From Massalongia carnosa (Eukaryota), in NCBI GenBank assembly GCA_965645245.1, contig OZ287088.1, positions 930,001 through 994,000 of the forward strand: a stretch of DNA of 64,000 nucleotides, read 5' to 3'. The notes beneath the pieces were generated by a model. The model had not been told where the DNA came from and searched no databases. It saw nothing but the letters and a program-made list of their open reading frames with translations. Shown one piece after another: positions 24,556 through 36,530 of the stretch. Numbering within the stretch: position 1 is the first letter of the stretch; each line of letters starts with the position of its first letter. Both the position numbers and the translations under genes were made by a program.

Positions 24556-27500
24556 CTACCTCATGCCCATCATGGCCTTAAAGGCCTTGAACCTTGCTGG
24601 TGGTAGCGGCTTTCTCATCCCATCTGCTATCATTTCATTCGTTGAAATGTATGTGATAATTAGCTTTCGGTCTAGTACAACTTCCCTTATCCAATGATGT
24701 CGTACGTCAATATGCTTTGTTCGTTTATGGAACTCCGGGTTGGCAGTAAGGTCAATTGCCCCTTTGTTATCTGCTCGGAGGTCGGCTGGTTGATTAGGTG
24801 ATCGATGACCGAGGGCCTCGAGGAAGCGAGTGCACCACAAGGCCTCCTTACCTGCCTCGGTGATAGCCATGTATTCGGCCTCACAAGATGACAGAGCTAC
24901 GGTCGGTTGTTGTTTTGATTGGTGTGAAATTGGACCGCCCGAAAGCATCCAAACGTACCCACCGGTCGACTTTCTTCCATCTACGGTCCCCGCCCAATCA
25001 GAATCAGTATATCCAATTAGTTCATCCGGAGAGTCAGCCGAAAATGTCAGTCCTATGGTCAGTGTCCCTGCTAAATAGCGGAAGATTTGTTTGACTAGCT
25101 GTATGTGGGTGGGTCCGGGGTTGCTGCAATAGCGGCTAAGGACTCCCACAGAATAAGATATGTCGGGTCGGGTATGGACTGCTGGCCACATCAGTGATCC
25201 AATTGCTGACTGATACCAGGCCACAGTGGCTTTGTCCGCCACCTGTTTTGAGGGTAGAAGGGAGCTTGCTACTCCCGGATCCATTGGTATGGAGGATGAT
25301 TTGCAGTCGGTCATTCCGAAACGTGCCAGGACCTTCTTAAGGTAGGTGGTTTGTCGAAGGATTATGGTTTTTCCCACGTCAACGTCAATTTCCATTCCCA
25401 AATAGTGGGACACGTCACCCAGGTCCGTCATTTTGAATCGGTCAGAGAGTTCCTTTTGTATGAACTCGAGGCGGGGTATGTCCGCCCCAAAGAGTAGTAG
25501 GTCGTCGACATAAATTGCTATGAATTGCTTCTTGTCATCAGAAACAAACACTCCATGATCAAGTTCCAAGCGATAAAATCCTAGTTTCTTCAGGAAATCA
25601 ACAAGGGTCTGGTACCACACTTGTGGCGATTGTTTCAGTCCATAAAGTGCTTTGATTAGCTTACAGACTAAATGGGGGGTGGTAATGAATAGATGAGGTT
25701 GTTCAACATAGATCAATTCGTCGAGGTAGCCATAAAGGAATGCAGTCACCACATCCATGTGACGTACGATAAACCCTCGTTTGACCCCAACACCCATCAT
25801 TGCTTTGTATGACATGGGCTTGACCACTGCAGCGAAGGTGTCGATGTAGTCTAGACCTTCTTCCTGCTTATAACCATGAACCACCCATCGTGCTTTGTAT
25901 TTTAGGATATTTCCATGTCGATCTTTCTTCAGTTTGAACACCCACCGTCCGGTGATTACCCGTCGATCTTTTGGTGCTTCGGTCAACTCCCACGTACCAT
26001 TTTCAATATGAGATTCAATTTCGGTCTTCATGGCCTCCATCCATTTGGGCCAATCAGGCCTAGCCATAGCCTCTTTGAGCGAGAGGGGTTCGTCTGGCCC
26101 TTCATTGTCAATGTTATTTGCAAGCATGGTTAGTGCCTTCATCATATGTATGTGGGATTTTGCCACGTTTGTGCTAGTGAAGTTAGTTCATTTCGGTAGC
26201 CTACCTGGTCCATAAAAAATTTCATCAGGATATTGTGTTCGTTTGACTGGTGCCCGCTTGGACCTTCTCAATGGAACATGGTCAGAGGTGGAAGAATGGC
26301 CTTCCGAGGCCTCGGGGGCCTCGGTGTCGGTGGCCTCGGCCTCGGGGTCATGGGCCGGACTATCATAAAGTCTATCAGAATTTCCCCCTCCATAATTTTC
26401 TTCGACATTTCCCCCTTCTGGCCTTGTTTGTTGTGAATCTCCCACTGAATTTTGGTGTGAATGTTCCGTGTTTGGAGGAGAATCGGGGGGTGTAGGTAGG
26501 TGAGGTTTATTTGACCGAGGGGTGTAATAGTCCTCGGGTTTGTTATTTCCCTCGTCGTCAAAATCGTCTGGATTTCCGAACTGATCATCGTCTGTTTGTG
26601 CCCATTCGTCGTCAACAAGCTCGTTTGATTTGTAAGCTTTCCGATCAAATAGGTTCTTTCATCAATAGTTACGTCTCTAGTAACATGAACTTTGCCTGTG
26701 CAGGGGTCATATATCCGATACTGATTAGTGCCTTCATAGCCCACATGGATGCCCTGCCAGGACCGTTCGTCTAGCTTCTTTCGCTTTTCCTTGGGAATAT
26801 GAACCCAAGCACGTGCACCCAACACTCTTAGATGACCGAGGTTGGGCTTTTTGTTGTTTAGTTTCTCATATGGTGTCACCCCGTCCGTGTTTGGACTTCT
26901 GTTCTTCAGATAACACACTGCTTTGCTGATTTCAGGCCATAGGCCCTTCGGTAATTTCATCGCTGATAAGATGGACCGAACTGAACTCATCAGAGTATAA
27001 TTCAGTCGCTCGGCCTTTCCATTTTGCTCGGGTGTGTATGGGGCATTGCATTTCCATCTGATGTGTTGTTTCTTAAGATAGTCCTGAAAGGCTTCATTGT
27101 CATATTCACCTCCCCTATCCGTATGGAGTGCTCCCATCTGCATGCCTGTTTCCTGAGACGCCCATTCGATATATTCCTTTGCCTTCTCAAAGGCCTGGCT
27201 CTTTAGCTTCATTAGATAAACATGATACGTTCCAGTGGCATCATCTTTGAAAGATATGTAGTATTGTAATCCGTTTCTGGAGGCCGGGTATGGGCCTCCC
27301 AAATCACTATGAACCTCTTCCAGGAATTTTGAAGCTCGGGGCATGGGAGTTCGTGACGGCTTACGTTGCTGTCTACCCTTCATACAGGGCCCACAAATTT
27401 CCTCTGGGACCGGCCCTTTCACCTCAATTCCTTCAGCTATTTGTGGAAGTTTGAGGATGTTTCGATAACCAAGGTGGCCCATTCTTTGATGCCATATTTC

Positions 27501-30500
27501 AATGGTTGGTTTAATTGCATTCACTACTGGTTTAGTGTTTGCGAAGTTCGTCTGCATAATCTCCGGGTTTTTAATCCGAAGAACATATTGTCGATTGATA
27601 ACGTCAGCTAGTCCGTGGATTTTGTTCTCATGAATTAATTGAGTAGGAACATTCGTACGTCTCAGGAACACCTCAACACCTTTCATTGCAAGGGGAACGG
27701 TGCTCAGTAAATTGTGGCCTAGGGCCGGTGCCCAGCTTACATCTTTTACTGTCAGGACATTTATTGATCCGTCCTCCTGAATCATATTTAGGACTACGTC
27801 ACCATACCCGAAGGCAGGAAAAGCTTGTCCCGAGCCCGTTTGGAACTCATGGTAGTACTCAGTGTAGGTGGTAAAAAAGCCTCGATTTGAGAAGAAATGG
27901 TCGGTGGCCCCAGAGTCTATGATTACGTAGGGGTTTAGTTTTGGAATGACTGCAGCCACTGACTTACACGTCAAATGAACGGCCCCCATTCCTTTCTTCT
28001 CTTCGACCTCATTGGTCGGTGTGATCGGTATGGTCTTTCTGATAAAGCAAGATAGCCCTTTGGTGGTTGCCTCTGGGGTGGTCGTCTCACTTTCCTGGTT
28101 CGTCTTGTTCTTTTTACAGAACTTCTTTATGTGGCCATGTTTACCACACCCATTACACTCCGCTTTGTCCATCCAGCAATCACCTTTTCCATGCGTTTTC
28201 TTGCACCTGGTGCAGACATACGTGTCCTTGCTGTCGGTAGTGTTATTGGAGTTGGAGTTGGAGTTGGAGTTCTCCCCCGGCTTTTTCTTTTTACCGGAGT
28301 CCCCACCTTTCTTTCCTTTCTGTGTGTAGTTCGCGGTTGCTTTGTCCTGATTGGCTAGTCGTAACTCTTCATCCTCCAAGGCCTTTGCTAGGACCTCGAA
28401 TGTTGAAAGTTCTGCTTTCTCCCTCGACTCATGACTGAGGATGGCCAAGTAGGACTTGAACTGAGTGTCTAGCGAATTAAGGGTATGAATTGTAATTGCC
28501 TCATCCATGGTGATTTTCAGGTCATTGATTTCTGAGTTAATATCGCGAATTTTGCTGATAAATTCCGCAACATTCTTGCAATCTCTTTGATGGATGGAGT
28601 GTAATTTTCCAAGCGTGTTCCACTTAGAGGCCCAATTTTGTAGTGTATAGCGGATTTGTAAATGGTCCCACAGCTCTTTTGGAGTCCATTTTGCTAATTC
28701 ATTCTTGGAGAGAAGTTCCTTTTGCACGGTCTCTGTGCACATTCTCCCAATTTTCGCTACCGTTCGGCGCGAGTCGTCATTGAAGTCTTTGATCTTCAGG
28801 GACCGTTGGTAAATTCTTTCGGCCCTTTCTTCATCATCATTTGTGGTCGCTACCAATGTTGGAGGTGGAATAGCCCTTCCTAGAACATGGTCCCATAGCT
28901 TAGCTTCCTCCAACGCAAAAGACATGTCTCGCGTCCATTGCTTGTAATTAACCGTGCGGCTCACCTCCATGACGCTATCATCTCCATGACGCATTTCTCA
29001 AACTATTTACATTATATCCATTGATTGACCCTTTCAAAATGAAGCTATTCAAAATCAAAGGCTGACGTTCATCTATCCAGCTTTCGGCCTTTTTACCCAC
29101 CAAGCCAAACCGTTTAGCTATCGCTTTTCCATAGAGAAATATTTTCTTTTGTCTAGCCGTCTCAGCACGCTTTTGACGACCCTCCTCCCTTTCCATCTCT
29201 TCTTGGGTACGATGTAGGTGATTGTGCCTCACATCTCGAACGGTAACGATTCCTCCCTTCTGAACAACGGTACCAGCAAGCTTTTTTCGGGCCCTTTTAG
29301 CTAATGCAGCTGTGTGTGTGGCTTGCAAGTCGCGTTGCGTCAATTCTACGGAGTAGTAAATTAGCGTTTGCAACCGACCCTTTGATAAAACGTCGCATTC
29401 TTTCTGGAGTAATTTCTTTATTATTATTCATTCGCTGAATAATGTTTTCCCCTTCCTTAGCAACGTCTTTGGGCTTTTTGGGGGTATGAGGTAGGATTAT
29501 TGTCTCCGAAGATGATATTGGTAGTGGTAGTAATGCCGGATTTAAAGCACGAATTTTGGTCAAGACTACCTCCGGATTATAAGGTATCAACCCAGTTTTT
29601 TCCCAGGCTGATTTGATAGTAGATGATTTAAATGCCTTTGTACAAAATTGATTGAATGCGGCCAGAAAATCCAGACGATTGAAGTCAACGTCACCCAACC
29701 GAATGGCGTTGTCAACCGCTTCAGCATGATAATATTTCATTGGCTGAAAAATACCAACGTCCAATGGCTGCGTCAAATGGGTTGAATTGGGGGGGGGGGG
29801 GTAATCTGAATAAACAGATATTATTTTCTTTCGAATATTCCCAAAATTCATTCGTTAGATGAGATCCATATCCATCCAACAAAAGAAGCCTAAACGCTCC
29901 TTTTTGAACCTTTTTTGAATGAGCATTAAAATGCTAGACAATCATTCGAATAGCCGCTATCGCTTGTAGTCAACACGATATCATCTTTCAAATCATTCTC
30001 TAAGGCCCATTTGTGAAGTATGTTGACCCCTTTCAAAATCAAAAAGGATGGAACGCTTCCGCCAACTTCATTGATGCATTCGACCGAAGTTATATAGTCT
30101 CGATTGTCTGGATCAGCGATCATAATTCGTTTATGTGATGATAGTGTCACCACCAAATGGGTTACCCCACAGCCAACTCGAAGCCTGTCTCATCCATATT
30201 CCATATATCATCTGGAGTTATACCAAGAAGGGCTACAGTCGATTGAAATGAAGAGAAATAAGTTTAAATATCCGTAACATTATGAGCGTTTTTCCTTTCG
30301 GCTGCTAATGGCTTGCCTTTTTGCATGAAAAATTGGGGATTTCTTTTCAAGAATCGTCCGGTCCAGCATTTTCCTACGCGGGTAAGAGAAGTTGAAGACG
30401 AGGAAGGATGTTGCAATTGCAACAAATGATTAGCTGCACCGCGAATCAATGGCAATCTTATTGATAATTCAATATCATCAAAAAATTCAATATACTCCTT

Positions 30501-30897
30501 CAGGGCTAGTTCTAGTGCAGCAGACTGCCTCATATTGACTGCTTTTCGCTTGCTATATCCATGTAGTCTTCTTTGAAATAGACGAGGTGAAATATCGAAT
30601 TCTTTGGCACAGGCTGCGGCTGATTTGTATGTGTTCTTTGCAAATGCATTTAAGGCCTTTGCAATGTTAGCCTCTCGTTTCTTGTACGAATCAGACATGA
30701 TATGGTTGAATAATAAATGGTTGATGATAGATGATAGAAATTTTTTAAAAATGCGTCATGGAGATGATAGCGTCATGGAGGTGAGCCGCACCCCGAGCGG
30801 AGCTCGGGATGCGGTCCATCGGATTTACCTCGGTCGCACGGTTAGTTGAACCGGTCAGCTTTTTAAAGCTATAATCATACTTTGCATCAGATCCCAT
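24556..30897 (-). pseudogene. Copia 2 gag-pol (ATG 30897; split by insertion 28951-30842; frameshifts at ~26200-26650)
   Basis: MGSDAKYDYSFKKLTGST|NYKQWTRD rejoins across the insertion; IIDSGAT; WHQRMGH; HTDRGGEY; KARWVVHG; YVDD; KRTKHIDVRHH. Confidence 0.92.
28951..30842 (-). mobile_element. Fot1/pogo DNA transposon A, TA target duplicated; transposase 30698 to ~28990 frameshifted; non-matching outer ends
   Basis: TA|ACCGTGCG...CGCACGGT|TA; WNMDETG, DPDNRDYITSVECI, LDGYGSH, PPNSTHLTQPLDVGIF. Confidence 0.92.
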
Positions 30898-31490
30898 GGC
30901 TGCGGTACTGAATATGATTGGTCGTTGGTCGGTCGGGTCTGGTCGGTCTGGTGCGTCTGCACCGTTTGGTGGGTCGGAGCAAAAGTTGACTGGCTGGTCG
31001 ACTATTTGCTTGTTTTGGGTCGCAGGAACGGCTGACTGGTTGGTCAGTTACCTGATTAGAATGTATTCGTAGTGACTATGTAATTGTCATGCAGGTACGC
31101 ATCCGGGTTCTCATAACCTGTTGAAGTGAGTTGTTGATCACTATAGTACATGTACGAATATTTAGAAGGAATAGTTTTGATTAATTCTATCGTGGGTGCT
31201 TTTGAGCACCCACATCGGCTAAACTACCCTAGGCCCATTCCGGCCAAGCAGTCACCAACTGCCTGACACTTGTCCGTTAGGCTAATGTTTAGCGTAACAT
31301 CAACAAAGAGCAACGTTGCAGGCGAAATATGCGCAGAAGGAATCCTTGCATTTCTTGGGTGTCATCGTGACAGCGCCAGAAGCAAAATTACGTGTATATT
31401 ACGGTAATTGACCCGCAAATAACCCCCAGGCAAGATGGGGGGGTTATTTGGGGTCATCTCAGTAATTTGCCGTTCTTATTCTCGTAACTA

Positions 31491-33404
31491 ATCGTGCTAA
31501 ACCACTTTCGGAATGGAAGGGCATCCCTTAGTGCTTACCATCTCAATGACGCATTGGGCTCAATGTCGTTTTTTTCACCATCTACCCACCATCTTTGACA
31601 CGTAAACACCCCACACCATGCCTTCTGATTCTTATTATAAACTCGAAAATCGTATTGAAGAGGCCATCGACGCGCTTCATGATGGTTGGTATAAGAATTG
31701 CACCAAGGCTGCGCGTGCATACGACGTGCCCATTCGTCAACTTCAAAGACGATGGAATGGGTCCAATTCGAAAAGCACCCGCCCCAGCACCAACAAAGCT
31801 CTTACGGAGGAGCAAGAGGAGGCAATTCGCGAGTATATTGATCGATGTGACCGGTTCAATATGTGCGCTAGGCCAAAGATGATTGTGGGGGCGGCGAATT
31901 ATTTGATTCGTTCAGAGAATCGAAAGGTGGGGCATCAGTGGTTCAATCGATTTCTTGAAAGAAATCCACAGTACAAAAAGCGCAAACAAAAGCCCCTGGC
32001 GACGGATCGAAAAAACAGTCACAGTCTCACAGATATGCGGGATTATTTCTATAAATTGAAGGCTGCTATTGAGAACAAGGGCATTACTGACGTGGACGTT
32101 TGGAACATGGATGAAACAGGCTTTCGCATTGGCTGTGGGCGGGCTCAAATGGTGATTACCATGGACCCGAAAAAGCCTTTGCGAATGACGGACCCGGACA
32201 ATCGTGATTATATCACGACGGTGGAGTGTATAAGTTCTGGAGGGGAGGTGATTCCCCCTTTGATCATCATTTCAGGGGTGCAGATTTTGCATAAATGGTG
32301 TCAGGAAAATGATCTACATGATGACATTCTCATTGGCACTAGCGACAGTGGTTATTCAAATGATGATTTAGCTATGGACTGGTTAAATCACTTCATCGAG
32401 CATACGAGTAGCAAAAGGCAAGATGCATGGCTACTTTTAATCATTGACGGTTTTGGATCGCATATGACCATCCCATTTTTTGAATTAGCCACTGCCAACA
32501 ACATCGTTTTGTTTCGATTACCAGCTCATTCGACTCATCTCACCCAGCCATTGGACGTGGGTGTTTTTCAACCGTTCAAACACTATCACACCGAGGCAAT
32601 AGATCGGGCTGTCCGGTTGGGGGACTGTCAGTTTGGTAAGCTGGAATTTCTCGCTGCATTTCAGGGCTTCCAAAATGAAACGTTCAAACCATCCACCATC
32701 CGTCATGCGTTCAAATCAACCGGAATCGTACCGTTTGACCCAAACGTTGTCCTGGACAAAATTCGAGAAAAGGAGGCACGATTGAGGGAGTCAGTCATTC
32801 GAACTCCCTCCCCCCCCCCCGCTTCCATTGAATCAACGCCCACCCCATGGGCCCGAATCGGTTGTTCGGTACGGTCGAAAGCTTCAGAGAGCCATTGCCA
32901 AAGCGGGACCTAATGATAAACTGGAGGTTCAACAGGTTGAACGGTTCGTTCGCGGTTCGGTGGCATCCGCTCATGCTCTGGATTTGACCACTCGATGCCA
33001 TGCAGGAAGCAGCTTCATCACGTCAGAAACGAGCCGTTCTTGGTGGACAGGTGGCCTCTCCGGGTGGAATTATCAAGGTAAGTCAGTGTAGGAAGCTTTT
33101 TTCAAAAAGAAAGCAGAAGGAGGAGGAAAAGGCGAAACGGAAGAAGGCTAGGGAGGAGAAAGCGGCTGAGAAAAAAAAGATTCTCAGCTGAATCAAATAG
33201 CCTTTCTCATCAACGACACATCTTTGGTAGATTAGTCAATTCCCTACGTATCAAAATTGAAACATTCACAATCGGGGTTGTTTTGATGATGTGGTGAATT
33301 GTTTGGTGGGTAGATTGTGAAAAAAACGACATTGAGCCCAATGCGTCATTGAGATGGTAAGCACTAAGGGATGCCCTTCCATTCCGAAAGTGGTTTAGCA
33401 CGAT
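31491..33404 (+). mobile_element. Fot1/pogo DNA transposon B with ~101-bp TIRs and TA TSD
   Basis: 31491-31591 is the reverse complement of 33304-33404 with one mismatch; flanked by TA. Confidence 0.96.
31618..33191 (+). CDS. Fot1/pogo transposase (HTH + DDE); frameshifts only after the catalytic domain (poly-C ~32815, ~32995)
   Basis: VWNMDETGF, IIDGFGSH, LPAHSTHLTQPLDVGVF in the 431-aa ORF; the C-terminus continues in other frames. Confidence 0.88.
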
Positions 33405-33516
33405 TAGAGCGACTTGACTTCTCCGCTTCTCGTGGGGAGTTATCTTGAACCCTCATCGATTCTCAGGCCTTCTCCTTTCAAATCTTGTTATTCCTAAACT
33501 GTCTCCAAGCGTAGAA

Positions 33517-34832
33517 ATGGCTGATGATCCTGACGATCCGTCTTCCAGTGAGTCCTCCTCCAATCCCGGCCTCGGCCTGCTCCGGTCCTTGCTCGCCGCG
33601 AATCCTTCGGTGGAGTTCGTCCGGCTCCAATGGGTCGATTTTACCGCCTCCGTGCGCACCCGACTAGGCCCTTCGCATGGCTACCCACGGGTTATCCGTT
33701 AGTGTCGCCAGCCCAATGGCCAGTGGTCTTATGATCGATGGCTCGCTCAACGAAGTTACTCTGGGTGCCAAGGACTCGTTGATTCCGGACTGGTCGACAC
33801 TGGTGGTGTGTCACTACCAGGCCGGTCATGCTGCCGTCATGTGTTTCATCGACGAAAAACGGCCAAGGGTTCGAGTGCTGCCCGCGGTCTAGGTTGGAAA
33901 CCTACGAGTGCGAGGTGAAAGAACAGCATGGCGTCACCTTTGCCGTCGGCGTAGAGGTGGAGTTCTACCTCACAGCATCAGCGGAGTCGACGTCGCCCGT
34001 ACAAGATGTTGTCCCGTACTGTTCCACGGCGTCGTTAAGAACGCCATACCTGGCCGTGCTCGAAGACTCCGTCCGCGCCGTCGAGCGGGCCAACATTGCC
34101 GTGTGGACATTTCATTCCGAGATTGTGTCGGGCATGTTCGAGATCTCGACGGAGCCCATGGCCCCGTTGCGGGCGGCCGATGCCCTGGTATACATCCACG
34201 AGGCCATCAAAGCCACGGCTGTCCATCACGGTCTCCACGCGACCATGCATCCCAAGCCCTTCGACAAAACCGACGGCATTGGCCAGCACCTGCACGTCTC
34301 CCTCTCGACCGACGCCAAGGACGACTCTTTCCTGGCCGGGGTCCTGAATAGCGTGCCGGCCATCTCCGCGATTTCAATGCCAAACTACGACAGCTACCTC
34401 CGCCGCGATTTCGCGGGCGGGGAATGGGTGAGCTGGGGCCTGGAAAATCGCCGATGCAGCATCCGCAAGGTCCGCCGCGCGTACTGGGAGTGTCGGTTCA
34501 TCGACTGCACCGCCAACAATTACCTCGCGCTGACCGCCATCCTCGGCGTGGGCATGGCAGCGTGGGAGCGGGGCCAGGAGCTAAAGATGAAACCCATGGC
34601 GGTTCGGGCCGCCAAGCTGGACGTGGAAAGCCGGCGAGACCTGGGTATCGAGAAGCCGGTCCCGCTCGACCTCAAGGACGCCATCGCCGCACTGCGGGAG
34701 GACAAGGCCGTGATGGCCGTGCTGGGGAAGAGGCTATGGGAGCATTTCATCAAGTACAAGGAAAAGGAAGAGGAGAAGTTGGGCACGCTCACGCTACAGG
34801 AGCGCAGGACGATAGTCATGGGGATCTTTTAA
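33517..34832 (+). pseudogene. Glutamine synthetase-like protein (FluG C-terminal / gamma-glutamyl ligase type), frameshifts at ~33670 and ~33857
   Basis: VEFVRLQWVDF; FAVGVEVEFY; FHSEIVSGMFEI; ATMHPKP; GQHLHVSL; WVSWGLENR; WECRFIDCTANNYL. Confidence 0.88.
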
Positions 34833-35584
34833 AGCGGGTGTTTTTTTTTCCTTTTTTGAATTTTTAAATAAAAGCTTCAACAGCCGCCATCTAAAATTCT
34901 AGCTTGCTTTTTCTCACTCTTTTTTCCCCCTTTCTCACATCTTGCTCATTAATTAATCATTCAATTAATCACCCTCCTCTCAATTCACCTCTCGTTCGCA
35001 AAAGTAAAAAAAAAAAAAGTCAAATACTACACACATACATATAGAAAATAAATCCTACTTCGGTCCCTTCTCCCTCCTCCCTCCTCACATTCCTCAAATC
35101 TCCCACATCTTTCCGAAACTCCCCATACCTACCAACCTGCCTACTACCTATTGACGAATGAACAAGCTCGTAAAATCGTGGGTCCCTATCTTGTATTTAT
35201 TTATTTATTTCGCTCACATGATAAGAAAAACCAAATAGGGAAGAGATAAGAAGAAAAGCCGTCTCAAGCTTGGTTACATTTATTAATATGAATATAGGTT
35301 AAATTTTCGTTTCAAAGAGATTATGTTATCGTGTTTTCTTTTTTCGACCACTATCTCGATTTCGAAAATAGAGTTTATATGACGATACGCATAACGTTCT
35401 TATTTTCTAAGAATAAGTCAGAATCTATTCTAAATCTTTCAAGAAAAAGAAAAGAAAAAACTTAATATCATTGTAAAATGCCGAGAAACTTTTGGTTTTT
35501 TTTTGGAGGGACAGCAGAATTGCCCGTTCGTCATAGTGAGACGGGTTTATTCTCCATCTATCTCCTATCTAATAAAATGGATGC

Positions 35585-36505
35585 CTAAGAAAATCTATTG
35601 GATGGAAATGCCTCCGCTCTGACTTCGTTCTGGCCAAAACAGCTCGCGATCTCCGCCCTTCCTAGGCCATACCCTCGGTGAAAATCCGCGTTTCGGATCG
35701 CGTCGTCCTTGAGCTCCTGGAAGCATACTTCCAGACAGTCGCGCTCTCTGCGCACGATCTGCAGCAAGCCAGCCGTGCTGGTACGGGAGAGTAGCTTCGA
35801 CGACGAACGATTCGAGGACGCAAGGACTGTTGAACCATAGCGGGAGCAGTTTCGACAGATCGGGGGTTACTGGGGTATTCATAGTGGGGTGGGGATATAG
35901 TAGAGGCGTAGGAGACAGGGGTGATTCCTCCGACGGTAGGTCGACCATGGAGATAGGCGACAAGACTGGGTAGTCGACGCGGATGTCTTGCTCGTGGAGG
36001 GCCCGGTTGGACAAGGTTTCGGCTCGGCCGACGAACGACCAGTAAATTTGCGGATTGGGATTTTCCAACGCGTCGATCCATCGCTTGACGGCTTCAACCT
36101 CGTTCTGCGTAAAGGATCCAAACATCTTGCCTTCCCAGGACAGCTCCTGAATCAGTTTGCTCTTGCTGCTATCACCCCTGTATACCTATGGTTTCATGTT
36201 GCTCGGGTCTAGGAAGTCCATCTGCCATTTTTTCCCCGCGAAGGCCTGTGGATCCAGCCAATCCACCAATTTCCGGCCTCCAATCCTCATGCGGCTGTTG
36301 CAATGGATTTTGTGCGCAACAGGCGCTTTCGCTTTGAAGATTCGGATCACATCCGCTTCCCGTTTGTTGCGGGGGGAGGAATCAACGGCGGGGGTTCGCC
36401 GAGGAGGACACTGAGGTGATGCGGAGAGCTCCTTGGAGAGGATGAAGCCTGCCTGGACCCGCTTCCAGGCTTGATGTGCCGAGGACCTTCCCTGCGTCTC
36501 GTTTC
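35585..36505 (-). pseudogene. C-terminal fragment of a fungal 'iron-containing redox enzyme' (heme-oxygenase-like fold family); N-terminal catalytic part and an internal segment deleted
   Basis: QAWKRVQAGFILS..VIRIFKAKAPVAHKIHCNSRMRIGGRKLVDWL..LSWEGKMFGSFTQNEVEAVKRWIDAL..FHRGYGLGRAEIASCF, recognised from memory of this family; not verified by search. Confidence 0.65.
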
Positions 36506-36530
36506 TTATTTTTAAGTAAAGATCAAGATG

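Larger units (their letters stand above)
24330..31305 (-). mobile_element. Full-length Ty1/Copia retrotransposon 2, LTRs 24330-24499 and 31119-31305, TSD AAGAG; gag interrupted by a Fot1 element
   Basis: TGTTGA...TCAACA LTRs; AAGAG at 24325-24329 and 31306-31310; PPT after 24499; PBS-like GGTTATGAGAACCC (31105-31118). Confidence 0.96.

Noticed and set aside
28951..28994. N-terminus MRHGDDSVMEVSRT of the 908-aa ORF
   Set aside because: Read from the Fot1 TIR; the real gag start is at 30897.
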